Positions 27,501-37,100 of a DNA stretch of 37,721 bases are shown piece by piece; positions within the stretch are counted from its first letter, which is position 1, and the number at the start of each line of letters is the position of its first letter. Made by a program: the position numbers and the translations under genes. The stretch comes from a virus (Duplodnaviria; Caudoviricetes), in IMG/VR virus record IMGVR_UViG_3300044614_001486, positions 1-37,721 of that record, one strand, 5' to 3'. Under the pieces are notes generated by a model that was not told the origin of the DNA, made no database searches, and was given only the letters and a program-made list of their open reading frames with translations.

Positions 27501-30287
27501 GCGGTGTACCACGGCAGCGGCTCTCCAAACATCCGAAGTTTCAGGCGGGGAGTTGATGGGGCCGGCTGGTTCTCTGAGTCCCCAGGGCTGGCTAGTCAAT
27601 TTGCCGAGGAGGGCGGCGGCGGACGAGGGGACACCGTCTACCCCGTCTACCTCGCGCTGCAAAACCCTCTCGACGTGAACACGCCGGAGGGCAGGGCCAT
27701 CATGGCTCAGGCCAACAATGACCGGCCAGGGCTTTCGACTGAAGAGCAGCTGAGCCCGCTCGGGTACGACGGAGTGATCGCAAATGAGGGAGGGGGGCGA
27801 GTCACATACCTCGCATTCCGCCCCGAGCAGATTAAGTCCGTCTTTAACCGCGGCACCTTCGACGCCACCGATCCGGACATCACGCGCAGCGTTGCGCGCG
27901 AGCCGCGTGAGCGTGTGCACGGATTTGAAGTCAGCACGCGCGAGCCGTACGCCAAGCCGACGAAGGACTTCGCGCCAGAAGACTCTCGACGCGACCTGCT
28001 GATCAGCGACTTTGCCTCGGGCCTTGGCCAGAGCAAGTGGCTCTCAGCCGTGTCGGAGCTGGTCGAAGGCTACCCGAACTACCGCGCCGCCGCGACCGCC
28101 AACGCGCCCGAGAAGAAGCTCGAGCGCACGGTTCGCCAGATGGTCGAGAACCTGCTGTGGCTGCACGACCAGGTGCCAGCCGACACGCGCAACCGCAGCA
28201 AGCTGTGGTACGACGGCGCCAGGGCGATCGCCGAGCGCTGGTCTCGTAAGTACAGCATCAGCGACGCGCAGGCTGCCGGCATCCTGGCCGTGCTGAGTCC
28301 GCAGAAGGACTGGTTCATGAATGTGAGCCTGGCCAACCGCGTAGCGGACATCATGACCGACCGGCAGGCCTTCCGCTGGTCGAAGCAGATGGACGAGACC
28401 TCCGCCAGGATCTTCGGCAAAGAGGCCTACCAGGAGGACATCGACGCGATCCGCGGCCAGACGCTGCAGGACCTTGATGACGCCTACCTGCGCGCGATGT
28501 GGCTCCGCGTCTACGACCAGGCTCACAACCCGAGTTCGTTCTACATCGTCTCGCCGGAGGGTGACTTCGTGGCCGAGGCGCGCACGAAGGACGGCACGCT
28601 CGGCCGCGTCGCGTGGGGCGGCAACAGCACCATCGCGAAGGCTGTCTCTGTCTTCGACAACGGGTCGTTTGAGAACATCAGCGCGCAGCTTGGCCGCAAG
28701 CACAAGGTTCGCAACTTCTACAACAACATCCTCGTGCCGAACAGCCCGAACGGGCACGTCACGATCGACACGCACGCTGTGGCGGCCGCGCTGCTGCGAC
28801 CGCTTTCTGGCAATTCGATCGAGGTGATGCACAACTTCGGCGGCCCGAAGAGCGCGCACGCAGGCCTCGAAGGGACGTACGCACTCTACGAGGAAGCCTA
28901 CCGCCGCGCAGCCGCAGAGCGTGGCATCCTGCCGCGTGAGATGCAGTCGATCGCCTGGGAGGCTGTGCGCGGCCTGTTCGTGCCCACCTTCAAGGCCCAG
29001 CGGCGCAACGTCGAAGCAGTCGACGGCGTGTGGACCCAATTCCAGAAAGGACGCCTGAGTTATGAAAACGCCCGAAAACAAGTCCTCGAACTTGCTGGAG
29101 GCATTGAAGCCCCTAGCTGGGCGGGACGCGACCCTGGCGCGTATGTTGAAGATGAACCGGCCGCTGACGATGGAGACCTGGCTGCGGATGGAGTACCCGC
29201 AGGGGATTCCGCGGCTGACGGCGGAGATTCTGGCCGGCGTGCCGGCGCCTCTGCGCGCCGCAGCCGAGCCCGAGACGGAGAGCGAGGGGATGAGGGCCGA
29301 AGCCTTGCGCCGCTTGCGGGCGCGCCGTCTATCGCAGGCGCAACCGGCCCCGACCCGCGACTCGTCGAAGTAGCCGAGCGGTACGCCGCCAGCAGGGGCA
29401 TCCAGCTCCGTCGCCAGGCGGAGTACGTCAAGGTCGACCCCGAGCGCGCCAAGCGCATCGCCGAGGCCTACGACGCGATGCCGCACGCGCCGCAAGACCC
29501 CGCGGTCAAGGCTGCGTACCAAGACCTCATCCAGCAGACGCGCGCGCAGTACGACGCCCTGGTGGGCGCGGGCTACAAGTTCTGGTTCATGGACCCGGAA
29601 GCCGACCCGTACGCCGGCAACCCGTGGAACGCGATGCGCGACCTGCGCGCCAACCAGCGCATGGCCGTCTTCCCGACCGCGGCCGGCTTCGGCACGAGCG
29701 ACTTCGACCCTGCGGCCAACCCGCTACTGGCCGACGCCGGCCTGGAGTGGGGCTTCGGCTCGCCGGACGGCCAGAAGAAGCGCGTGCTGGTCAACGATTT
29801 GTTCAGGGCAGTTCATGACGCCTTCGGTCACGGCCTGGAGGGCGCCGGCTTCCGCGCCGACGGAGAAGAAAACGCCTGGCAGGCCCACGTCCGGCTCTTC
29901 ACGGGCCCCGCGGTGGGCGCCATCACCAGCGAGACCCGCGGCCAGAATTCGTTCTTGAACTACGGCCCCCACGGCGAAAAGAACCGCACGGCCAAGGTCG
30001 CGGACACGGTCTTCGCCGATCAGAAGACCGGTCTCATGCCCGATTGGACCTGGACCGAGGGCCGCGCCGAGGATGCGGTTCAAGGCCCGTCTGCGCCGCC
30101 TTCGCCGCCCGCCGACCTGGTGAAGATCTTCGAAGACATGCGCAGCTCTCCCGGGGCCCGCAAGTCCGCAAAGGCGGCCGCCGCGGCGCACCCGCTTTCG
30201 GCCAAAATCCAAGAGATCGAGCGCGACTTCTTGGACATCCTCGACGAGCTTGAGACGTCACAAGTTCTGGGCATCAACTGCGACTAA
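24003..30287 (+). CDS. giant polyvalent protein B (start uncertain): HExxH zincin-like peptidase, four ART-like domains, helical glycosylase-like domain, HDxxGH domain
   Basis: GHEFLH (His at 24885-24899); YWHGSP, GIHFS, LVVYHGT and LAVYHGS modules with FK(K/R)WFG and Q(V/I)KS; WYDGA...LSPQKDW...KVRNFYNN...VTIDTH; FRAVHDAFGH (HDAFGH at 29814-29831). No clear SD at GTG 24003 or ATG 24618. Confidence 0.85.
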   Translation: MGSVAGVQQLAKGEKSLRRSQGPGVPGVRGEGDQDERGVGGELRGVSAGRGAEADSGALPGSNQGGQRVRAGQRTLGNQDGAESEQAGLRARADAPRQDDDIGGVGSRAGNSGRSDLQEGAAGPFGERSPRARLDASGGASAQPNSGRRDASTQGVGAQGGDSSRYAAEAPGQGDGVASGANQAGVTPALSVDPDRAPGTTFTVRMDGKNVEFKRADVSQLAETESPERDGKARRISRKSAALISAIGAAMGKRVQFFEDVNGERPGDGFVRPADPDTIYLNTVSTINPLSVFGHEFLHTLRQTNPQAWDAIAAVVKTRVKNPKGFRRDYYGAEEADARGDGALSEERDGELEELVSDLGGNLMADQSFWREVFAKIYADNGKDAKGTIARLIAQLQGLIDMAVAAVKGPRFRADRFISDMDAIRAAYRDGLAAYLKESGKSKAGMQAEVLRSVNGVSMSPARKTDDKTIYWHGSPSGDLRGGSTGLHLGTKLAATQALEARIGVPATGEWDGAREYGSTLLAGKKTLKRLQEERGYFLTTGLNAGSRGNPVPDEDYLPQVELKYADGTPMPMSVRPSVRPFRLNTEMSNFKFQPHEDFKANGYMSAAKKRGTARRGYYYSNVAEDSGSISVVVPDGSHVTPVDDSEVTKSPERGIHFSKKQLTAINGAYYGTGLKGLEAERLALSDDPRLKTRVYFYVDEGNGVRPEAGVGGYAHEVELPKLYDAKANAEKLWNSGDLNGTESRILDAGYAGYFVKKHETGQGFAVVIGDAAKSMPAKPIANPKIAGPISTGVPETIKAAPSSKEIDLIDVGNIPGATLRAGMLRFPADSREQANAEMARIGSDLRFSKERLSTPAEEVAAVRKQYEGTDKWLKAPDGTATRLTERQWLHVRTPSFKKWFGDFEKFAGRRGGVWADDKGEVSKVVGRNGEPLVVYHGTDKGGFSEFSRPGGSQRGDLGIFTTDERGVARTYVHRGRARDIGPGDIEEDGEYRDPVAGIYALFINIRNPQESDFEGANWDGSRNGQYMVVDDDGEQLYADDGRGYFEDRDDAFSLVMSKGGNIEPAQDHYETTDSVVREARRSKNDGAIIRQVTDDGGGGGGWYEASDVFVAFEPNQVKSADFNDSTYSADEDDIRRSAVRDVTEAPEFKRWFGNSKVADSRGRPLAVYHGSGSPNIRSFRRGVDGAGWFSESPGLASQFAEEGGGGRGDTVYPVYLALQNPLDVNTPEGRAIMAQANNDRPGLSTEEQLSPLGYDGVIANEGGGRVTYLAFRPEQIKSVFNRGTFDATDPDITRSVAREPRERVHGFEVSTREPYAKPTKDFAPEDSRRDLLISDFASGLGQSKWLSAVSELVEGYPNYRAAATANAPEKKLERTVRQMVENLLWLHDQVPADTRNRSKLWYDGARAIAERWSRKYSISDAQAAGILAVLSPQKDWFMNVSLANRVADIMTDRQAFRWSKQMDETSARIFGKEAYQEDIDAIRGQTLQDLDDAYLRAMWLRVYDQAHNPSSFYIVSPEGDFVAEARTKDGTLGRVAWGGNSTIAKAVSVFDNGSFENISAQLGRKHKVRNFYNNILVPNSPNGHVTIDTHAVAAALLRPLSGNSIEVMHNFGGPKSAHAGLEGTYALYEEAYRRAAAERGILPREMQSIAWEAVRGLFVPTFKAQRRNVEAVDGVWTQFQKGRLSYENARKQVLELAGGIEAPSWAGRDPGAYVEDEPAADDGDLAADGVPAGDSAADGGDSGRRAGASARRSRARDGERGDEGRSLAPLAGAPSIAGATGPDPRLVEVAERYAASRGIQLRRQAEYVKVDPERAKRIAEAYDAMPHAPQDPAVKAAYQDLIQQTRAQYDALVGAGYKFWFMDPEADPYAGNPWNAMRDLRANQRMAVFPTAAGFGTSDFDPAANPLLADAGLEWGFGSPDGQKKRVLVNDLFRAVHDAFGHGLEGAGFRADGEENAWQAHVRLFTGPAVGAITSETRGQNSFLNYGPHGEKNRTAKVADTVFADQKTGLMPDWTWTEGRAEDAVQGPSAPPSPPADLVKIFEDMRSSPGARKSAKAAAAAHPLSAKIQEIERDFLDILDELETSQVLGINCD
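24007..24561 (+). mobile_element. HNH-type homing endonuclease coding segment fused in frame to protein A and overlapping ORF B in another frame
   Basis: YNNWRKARSRCADPKDQAYREYGAKGI...SLDRIKGDKGYEPGNVRWAT, followed by two HTH repeats (TLAEWARELGI, PLKAWARKVGI). Confidence 0.85.
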
Positions 30288-31196
30288 TCCATGGCACAGA
30301 CCTGCACCTACAGCTTCACCGCCCCCGATGGCAAGAAGACCGTCCTTACCGGCCAAGCGGCCTTCAAGGCCTGGCTCGTGGCGGGTGGGCTGGAGTACCT
30401 GCGGGGGGCGGCGAATGATGCGCGGTCGAGCGCCGAGCGTGATTTGCAGTACCCACTGGCGCCGGCCGGCGAGCGCTACGAAGAAACCGGCATCAAGCCG
30501 CGGATGATGTCTCCCGACGAGTTCTTGGCCAGCGTGCGCCCGCTGGACATCGACGGCGCATCTCGCGACAACATCGAAGACCTGAAGCAGCACATCCTGT
30601 CGGGGCGCAAGCTCGACCCTCTGCACATCCGCAGCGATGGCAAAGAGGATGGCAGGCATCGGGCGGTGGCCGCCAAGGAGCTTGGCATCAAGCTGGTGCC
30701 GGTGATCGACGAACGCGGCGGCGCCCGAGCTAGCCGCGCGCGCGACGTCACGGAGACGCCTGAGTTCAAGCGCTGGTTTGGCGACAGCAAGGTGGTGGGC
30801 GCCGATGGTAGGCCGCTGGTTGTGTACCACGGGACCAATGCGGACTTTGATGCGTTCAAGACCGGCTTGAACAAGGCTTCTGGCGAGCGCGGCATCTTCT
30901 TTTCTCCAGACCCCGCTGTGGCTGCTGCCTACGCTGGCGTTGATCCGGAAGGAAACTTCAACGCTCCCGAGATTGGCAGCGTGATGCCGGTTTTCCTGTC
31001 GCTACAGAACCCGCTTGTCGTGGACTTTAAGGGCGACCGGCTAGGGCGCGTTGCAGCGATCAAGCGCGCACGCGATGGCGGCCACGATGGGGTGATTCTG
31101 AAAAATCACTACGATGCTGGTGGCGTGCAGGATCAGTACGTCGCCTTCCGCCCAGAGCAGATCAAGAGCGCCACCGGCAACCGCGGCACCTTCGAC
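27444..31196 (+). repeat. dispersed exact repeats at the ends of two ART cassettes
   Basis: GAGTTCAAGCGCTGGTT at 27444-27460 and 30762-30778; AACCGCGGCACCTTCGAC at 27846-27863 and 31179-31196. Confidence 0.8.
29062..29373 (+). CDS. nested small gene (103 aa) overprinted in the +1 frame of polyvalent protein B
   Basis: AAAGGA at 29046-29051, 10 nt before the ATG. Protein-like sequence (DATLARMLKMNRPLTMETWLRMEYPQGIP). The host frame turns into a D/G/A linker with A/T-ending codons over the same span. Confidence 0.65.
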   Translation: MKTPENKSSNLLEALKPLAGRDATLARMLKMNRPLTMETWLRMEYPQGIPRLTAEILAGVPAPLRAAAEPETESEGMRAEALRRLRARRLSQAQPAPTRDSSK

Positions 31197-34100
31197 CCCA
31201 ACGACCCCGACATCCGCCGCAGCGTAGAGCGCAAGCTCGCAGGCGGCGAGCCCATCCGCCTGTACCACGGCAGCGACGTCGAAATCAAGCAGTTCGACAA
31301 GACCAAAGCACGCACCGCGAAGCACATCTACCTAACAGACCAAGAGGAGACCGCGCGCAAGTACGGCGACAAGCTGATGCGCGTTGAGGCCAAGCCCAAG
31401 AACATGCTTTGGCTCGGCCCGGAAGACATCGGCCCGCGCGAGACCAAGGCGCTGCGCCGCGTGTTCGCCGACATCGGCGAGGACTACGGGTACGAGGACT
31501 TCGACACCTTCCTTGAGACGGTGACCGGCGCAACCGGAGAGCTGTACGGGGCCAACAGCCGATTCCAAGACGCCCTGATGGACGAGCTGTTCGCGGCGGG
31601 CTACGACGCGGTCGCGTTCCCAGACCCTGTGCCGGGTGGCGGCTGGTCGATGTCGTACGTCTTCGACGACCCTGCGCTTCTGACGGTGCGCGGGGATGAT
31701 GGGCTGAGCCAAGGCGACGCGGGGCGGGACATCCGCCGCTCCGCCGAGCGCGACGCCAACTTCGGCGGCGCCTACCTTGACAGCACATTGCGTCGCGCGC
31801 GCGAGCAATTCAGAACCAGCTTCGGCGTTGATTTTGGCCAGAGACTTACGCGCGACTACGAAATGGTCGACGTCGGCACACTAGAGCCAAGCAATGATGT
31901 CGACGAGGGCAGGGTCGATGAGCTTGTCGTCGCCATGTTTAACGAGAGCCCATTTGACAGCAAGATTCCGCCTATTTTCATCGACTCCGAGGGCAACATC
32001 CTTGACGGCAATCACCGCGTCGAGGCGGCAAAGAGGGCTGGCCTCTCGTCGGTGCCGGCGTTCGAGCTGTATGACGCCGACGAAGGGCCGCAGATCATCC
32101 GCTCCACCGAGCGCCCCTGGTACTACAGCCAACTCGCCCGCGCCATCGAAGGCGTCCCCGCGCGCCTGGACAACATGGCCGCCCCGCAGTGGGCCCAGTG
32201 GCTCAAGGCCAACGCCAGCAAGCTCGGCGTGAAGCAGGACGAGATCACCTGGTCCGGCATCGAAGACTTCCTCAGGCTCAAGGGCAAGGAGAAGGTCTCG
32301 AAGGAGGAGATCGGCGCGTACCTGGCAGAGGGTGGGGTGCGGGTGGAGGAGGTGACATCCCCGGTTGGCAAAAGCATCGGCGTCAGCGACTTTAGCCAAT
32401 ACACCCTCCCCGGCGGCACTGCCTACAGGGAGGTGCTGCTGACGCTGCCGGAGCCGAAGCGCGACCTTTCGCCCTACGAGAAGGACATCGTGGTTCGCCG
32501 CAAGGACACCGGCGTATACGACTTTGAGGCCACCTACAAGACGCCCGGCGGCCGCGAGCTGCGAGGCGTTGGCGACACAGAGGAGGAGGCCCGCGCAGGC
32601 GTTCGCTCTCTGCTCGCCATGATGCAGTTCACGGAGCCTGCCAGCTACAGGAGTAGCCACTGGGACCAGAAGAACGTCCTCGCCCACGTCCGCCTTAACG
32701 ATCGAGTTGATGCCGAGGGCCGGCGCACGTTGTTCGTGGAAGAGCTCCAGTCCGACGCAGGCGCCGATGTTCGCAAGAAAGGCTTCATCGACAGCTACAA
32801 GCTCGAAGACGTGCAGCCGACCGACGGACCGCTGCCCGACACCTTCTACTACCTCAAGACCCCCGACAACGTCTTCCAGATCCCGAAGTCGCGGCACGCC
32901 AGCGAGCAGGCTGCGCGCGAGTACATCGTCCGCGAGAAGAAGATCAACAGCGGTGGCGTGCCGCGCATGCCGTTCATCGACGACACCACCAAGTGGCTCA
33001 ACCTCGCCCTGAAGCGCGTCATCGCGATGGCCGCCACAGAAGGCTACGACGCGGTGGCGTTTGTGAATGGGGAGCAGAGCGCGGATCGGTATGACCTGAG
33101 CAAGCAGGTCGACGAGCTCGTCTGGTCAAGGTCAGATGACAAGTATTCCCTGACAGCTCGAAACCGAATCGACGGCGTCTCCCAAAAGATCGCCGACGAC
33201 GTGCCCGAGGGCCGCCTGGAGGACTACGTCGGAAAGGAGATCGCCAAGAAGATCGTTGCCGAGCGTGGCAAGCGATGGACGGCCACGTACCGCGGCCTCG
33301 ACCTCAAAGTCGGCGGCGAAGGCATGAAGGCCTTCTACGACAAGATCGTCCCCCAGGCCGCCAGTGCGCTGGTGAAGAAGATGGGCGGGGAGGGGATGAC
33401 CAAGGTCACGCTGCCGGGCGCCGACGCGACGCCCCTCGACTCTTACCGCGTTGGCGACGACGGCAATGGCGGCTATGCCGTCATCTGGCGCGCCACCGGA
33501 GAGCAGGTCTCCTCCGGCCACGCGACAAGGGCAGAGGCAAAGGCGGAGATGGTCAAGATCGCCGACAGCGACCCCGTCATCGCGCCGGCCTTCCTCATCA
33601 CCGACGAGATGCGCGACAAGGCCTCCGGCGGCATGCCGCTGTTCAGCCGCGAGAGGGCCATCGCCCTGCCAATGGCCGGCGACAAAGTTGATGGCCTCGT
33701 TGTGCGTGACGGCGTGCCGAACTATGGGAGCATTGAAGCGTCCCTGACTAACTACGAAGTCCTGCCAGGGATCCGCGAAGTTCCGTTTGACCTCTTTAGC
33801 GGCCCAGACCCCCAGACGGCACGCACCCGCAAGCTGGCAGCAGACATTGAGGAGTCTGGCGAGATAGCGCCGCTGATCGTGGTGTTTGATGGCGAGGACC
33901 ATTACATCCTTGAAGGCGCCCATCGCTTTGACGCCCTGCAGCACATTGGGAAAAAGTCGTTCCCGGCCAAGGTGGTGGTTGATAAGTCGGGGGCAGGCGA
34001 TGCGCGGCTGAGCCGCGAGCGCGACCCGCGCACCGAGACGCCGGAGTTCAGGGCCTGGTTCAAGCGCAGCAAGGTCACCGCTTCCGGCCGCGCCGGCGGC

Positions 34101-37100
34101 GTGCCGCGCGTCGTGTATCACGGGACTGGAGACGACTTCTCCAAGTTTGACCCGAGAATGGTCGACGGCTTTTCCGCCATCGCAGAAGGCTTTTACTTCA
34201 CATCCAGCCCGTACGAAGCCGAGCAATACGGCGATGTGCTGATGCCGGTCTATCTGTCGCTTCAGAACCCGGCGCCGAAGTCTGTTTGGGACCCAATGGC
34301 CAGGGCCATCGCACGCGGGGAGACCGACTCCGCGGAGGTTCGCGAGCGACTCCAGTCAATGGGGTACGACGGCATTGCTGGCTCAGATGACATGGCATCC
34401 GAGCTCGACACAAAGGTCTATGTCGCGTTCTGGCCGACCCAGATCAAATCCGCCATCGGCAACGACGGCAGCTACGACGAGACCGACCCCAGCATCCTCT
34501 CCAGCGCCGCGCGCAACTGGGAGAGCCCTGGCGCGTCGAAGTTCGACGACGTGGTCTACAAGATGCAGAACCGCCAGGTCGACCTCCTGCGCGTGCAGCA
34601 GGCCATCCAGGAGGCCGGCAAGCAGATCAGCGAGGACGCCAACACCTACCTCCGCGAAGAGCTCTTCCACGGCCGCGCCGCGAAGCGCACGCAGGACTTC
34701 ACCAAGCGCGAGCTCGAGCCCTTGACCGAGGAGATGGCCAAGCGCGGCCTGACGCTCGAGGAGCTGGACGAGTACCTGCACGCGCGCCACGCGCCAGAGG
34801 CGAACCGGCTCATCGCCGAGCGCAACCCCGACAGCCCGCTCCTGCAGGACGGCGGGTCCGGCCTCGACACCGCGCTCGCGCAGCAGTACATGTCCGACCT
34901 CGCGGCAGACAAGAAGGCCCACCTCGAGGCCGTCGCCGCCATGGTCGACAAGATCCTGGCCAAGACGCGCCAGCTGATGGTCGACTACGAGCTCGAGAGC
35001 CGCGACACCGTCAAGGGCTGGGGCGAGATGTTCCAGCACTACGTGCCGCTTATGCGCGAGGACGACGGCGACGCCCCGCAGCGCCTGGGATCTGGCCAGG
35101 GCTACAGCATCAAGGGCCGCGAGGTGAAGAGCCGCACCGGCTCGACCAAGAAGGTCGTCGACGTCTTCGCCAACATCGCCATGCAGCGAGAGCGCGTGAT
35201 CGTGCGCGGCGAGAAGAACCGTGTCGGCCAGGCGCTGGTGAACCTGGCGCGCGACAACGAGAACAGGGACTTCTGGACCGTCGACCTGGCGCCGACCACG
35301 CCGACCTACGACCCCAAGAAGGGCGTCGTCGTGCAGCGGCCGGACCCGATGTACAAGATGCGGCCCAACGTCGTCGTGGCCAAGTTCCGCGAGGAGGACG
35401 GGTCGGTCAAGGAGCACGCAGTCATCTTCAACGAGGGCAACGCGCGGGCCATGCGGACGGCGGCCGTGATGAAGAACCTGGAGATGGATCGGCTGGAGGG
35501 GCTGCTGGGCGCCAGCGCCGTGGTGACTCGGTACTTCGCCGCGATTTCTACCCAGTGGAACCCCGTCTTCGGTGTCGTGAACTTCATCCGCGACTTCCAG
35601 AACGTGCTCATCAACCTGAATGGCACCCCGCTGGACGGCAAGCAGTCGCAGGTGGCGAAAGAAGCCTGGGGCATGACCAAGGCCATCTGGACGAACCTGC
35701 GCAGCGGCAAGCTGGACACCGAGCGGCAGAAGCTGTGGGACGAGTTCCAGAGCGTCGGCGCGCAGACCGGCTTCCGTCAGATGTTCGCCGACAGCAAGGA
35801 CCGCGCCGACGACATCCGCTCGGCCATCAATCCCGACTACTGGATGGACTCGAAGCTGGGCAAGGTCTTCACCGCCAACGGCGTGCTGAAGGTGCCGGTG
35901 TCGAAGGCATCGAAGGTTGTGAGGGCTGGCTTCCAGGCCCTTTCGGATTACAACGAGACGCTGGAAAACTCGATGCGGCTCGCCGTCTACAAGGTGGCGA
36001 AAGAGTCCGGCATGTCCATTGAAAATGCTGCCTCTCTAGCAAAAAACGCCAGTGTTAACTTCAATCGCAAGGGACAAGTAGCGCAACAGGCCGGCGCCTT
36101 GTTTGCGTTTTACAACGCAGCATCTGCCGGCACCGCTCGCCTCGGCGAACTGCTGTTCACGATGGAGCCTGGGCAGATCAAGACCTTGCGCCTTTCTCGC
36201 GTCGGCAAGCGCATCGTCGCCGGCGGTGTGATGATCGGCGTGATGCAGGCCCTGGCCCTGGCGGCGGCGGGCTACGGCGAAGACGACCCGCCGCAGTTCA
36301 TGCGCGAGCGATCGATCATCATCCCGACGTTCGATGGTCGCTACGTGTCCATACCGATGCCGCTGGGCCTGCACGTTCTGCCCAACATTGGCCGCGTCGC
36401 CACGGAGTGGGCCATGGGTGGACTCGACAAGACGCCCGAGCGTGTCGTCGGCATGCTCGGCATGTTCGCTGACGCCTTCAACCCGATCGGCAACGCTGGC
36501 ATGTCGATGCAGACCATCGCACCCACCGCGCTGGACCCGCTGGTTGCGCTGACGGAGAACCGCGACTGGCAGGGCCGCCCGATCACGCGCGAGTCGATGA
36601 ACCCTGCGACGCCGGGGCACGCCCTGGCGCGCGACACCGCGACCTCTTGGGCCATCGCCATCGCGAAGGGCGTCAACACACTCACCGGCGGCAACGACTA
36701 CGTGGCTGGGGCGATCAGTCCTTCGCCAGACCAGGTCGACTACCTCATCGGCCAGCTGACTGGCGGCGTCGGCCGCGAGATCTCAAAGCTCGAGCAGACC
36801 ATCACCGCCACGGTGACGGGCGAAGAGCTGCCTATCTTCAAGGTCCCGCTGGTCGGCCGCTTCGGTGGCAACACGGCCAGCCAGGCAAGCGAGGGCTCGA
36901 ACTTCTACGGCAACGTGAAGCGCCTCAACGAGCTGGAGACGGAGATCAAGGGCCTGCAGCAGGACGGCAAGGCCTCGGAAGCCGCGCAGCTGCGGGCATC
37001 CAGGCCTGACGCCTACCTCATTGCGCAGGCCAACCGAGCCGAGCGCGACATCTCCAAGCTGCGCAAGGAGAAGTCGCGACTGGTGAAGGAGGGCGCGCCC

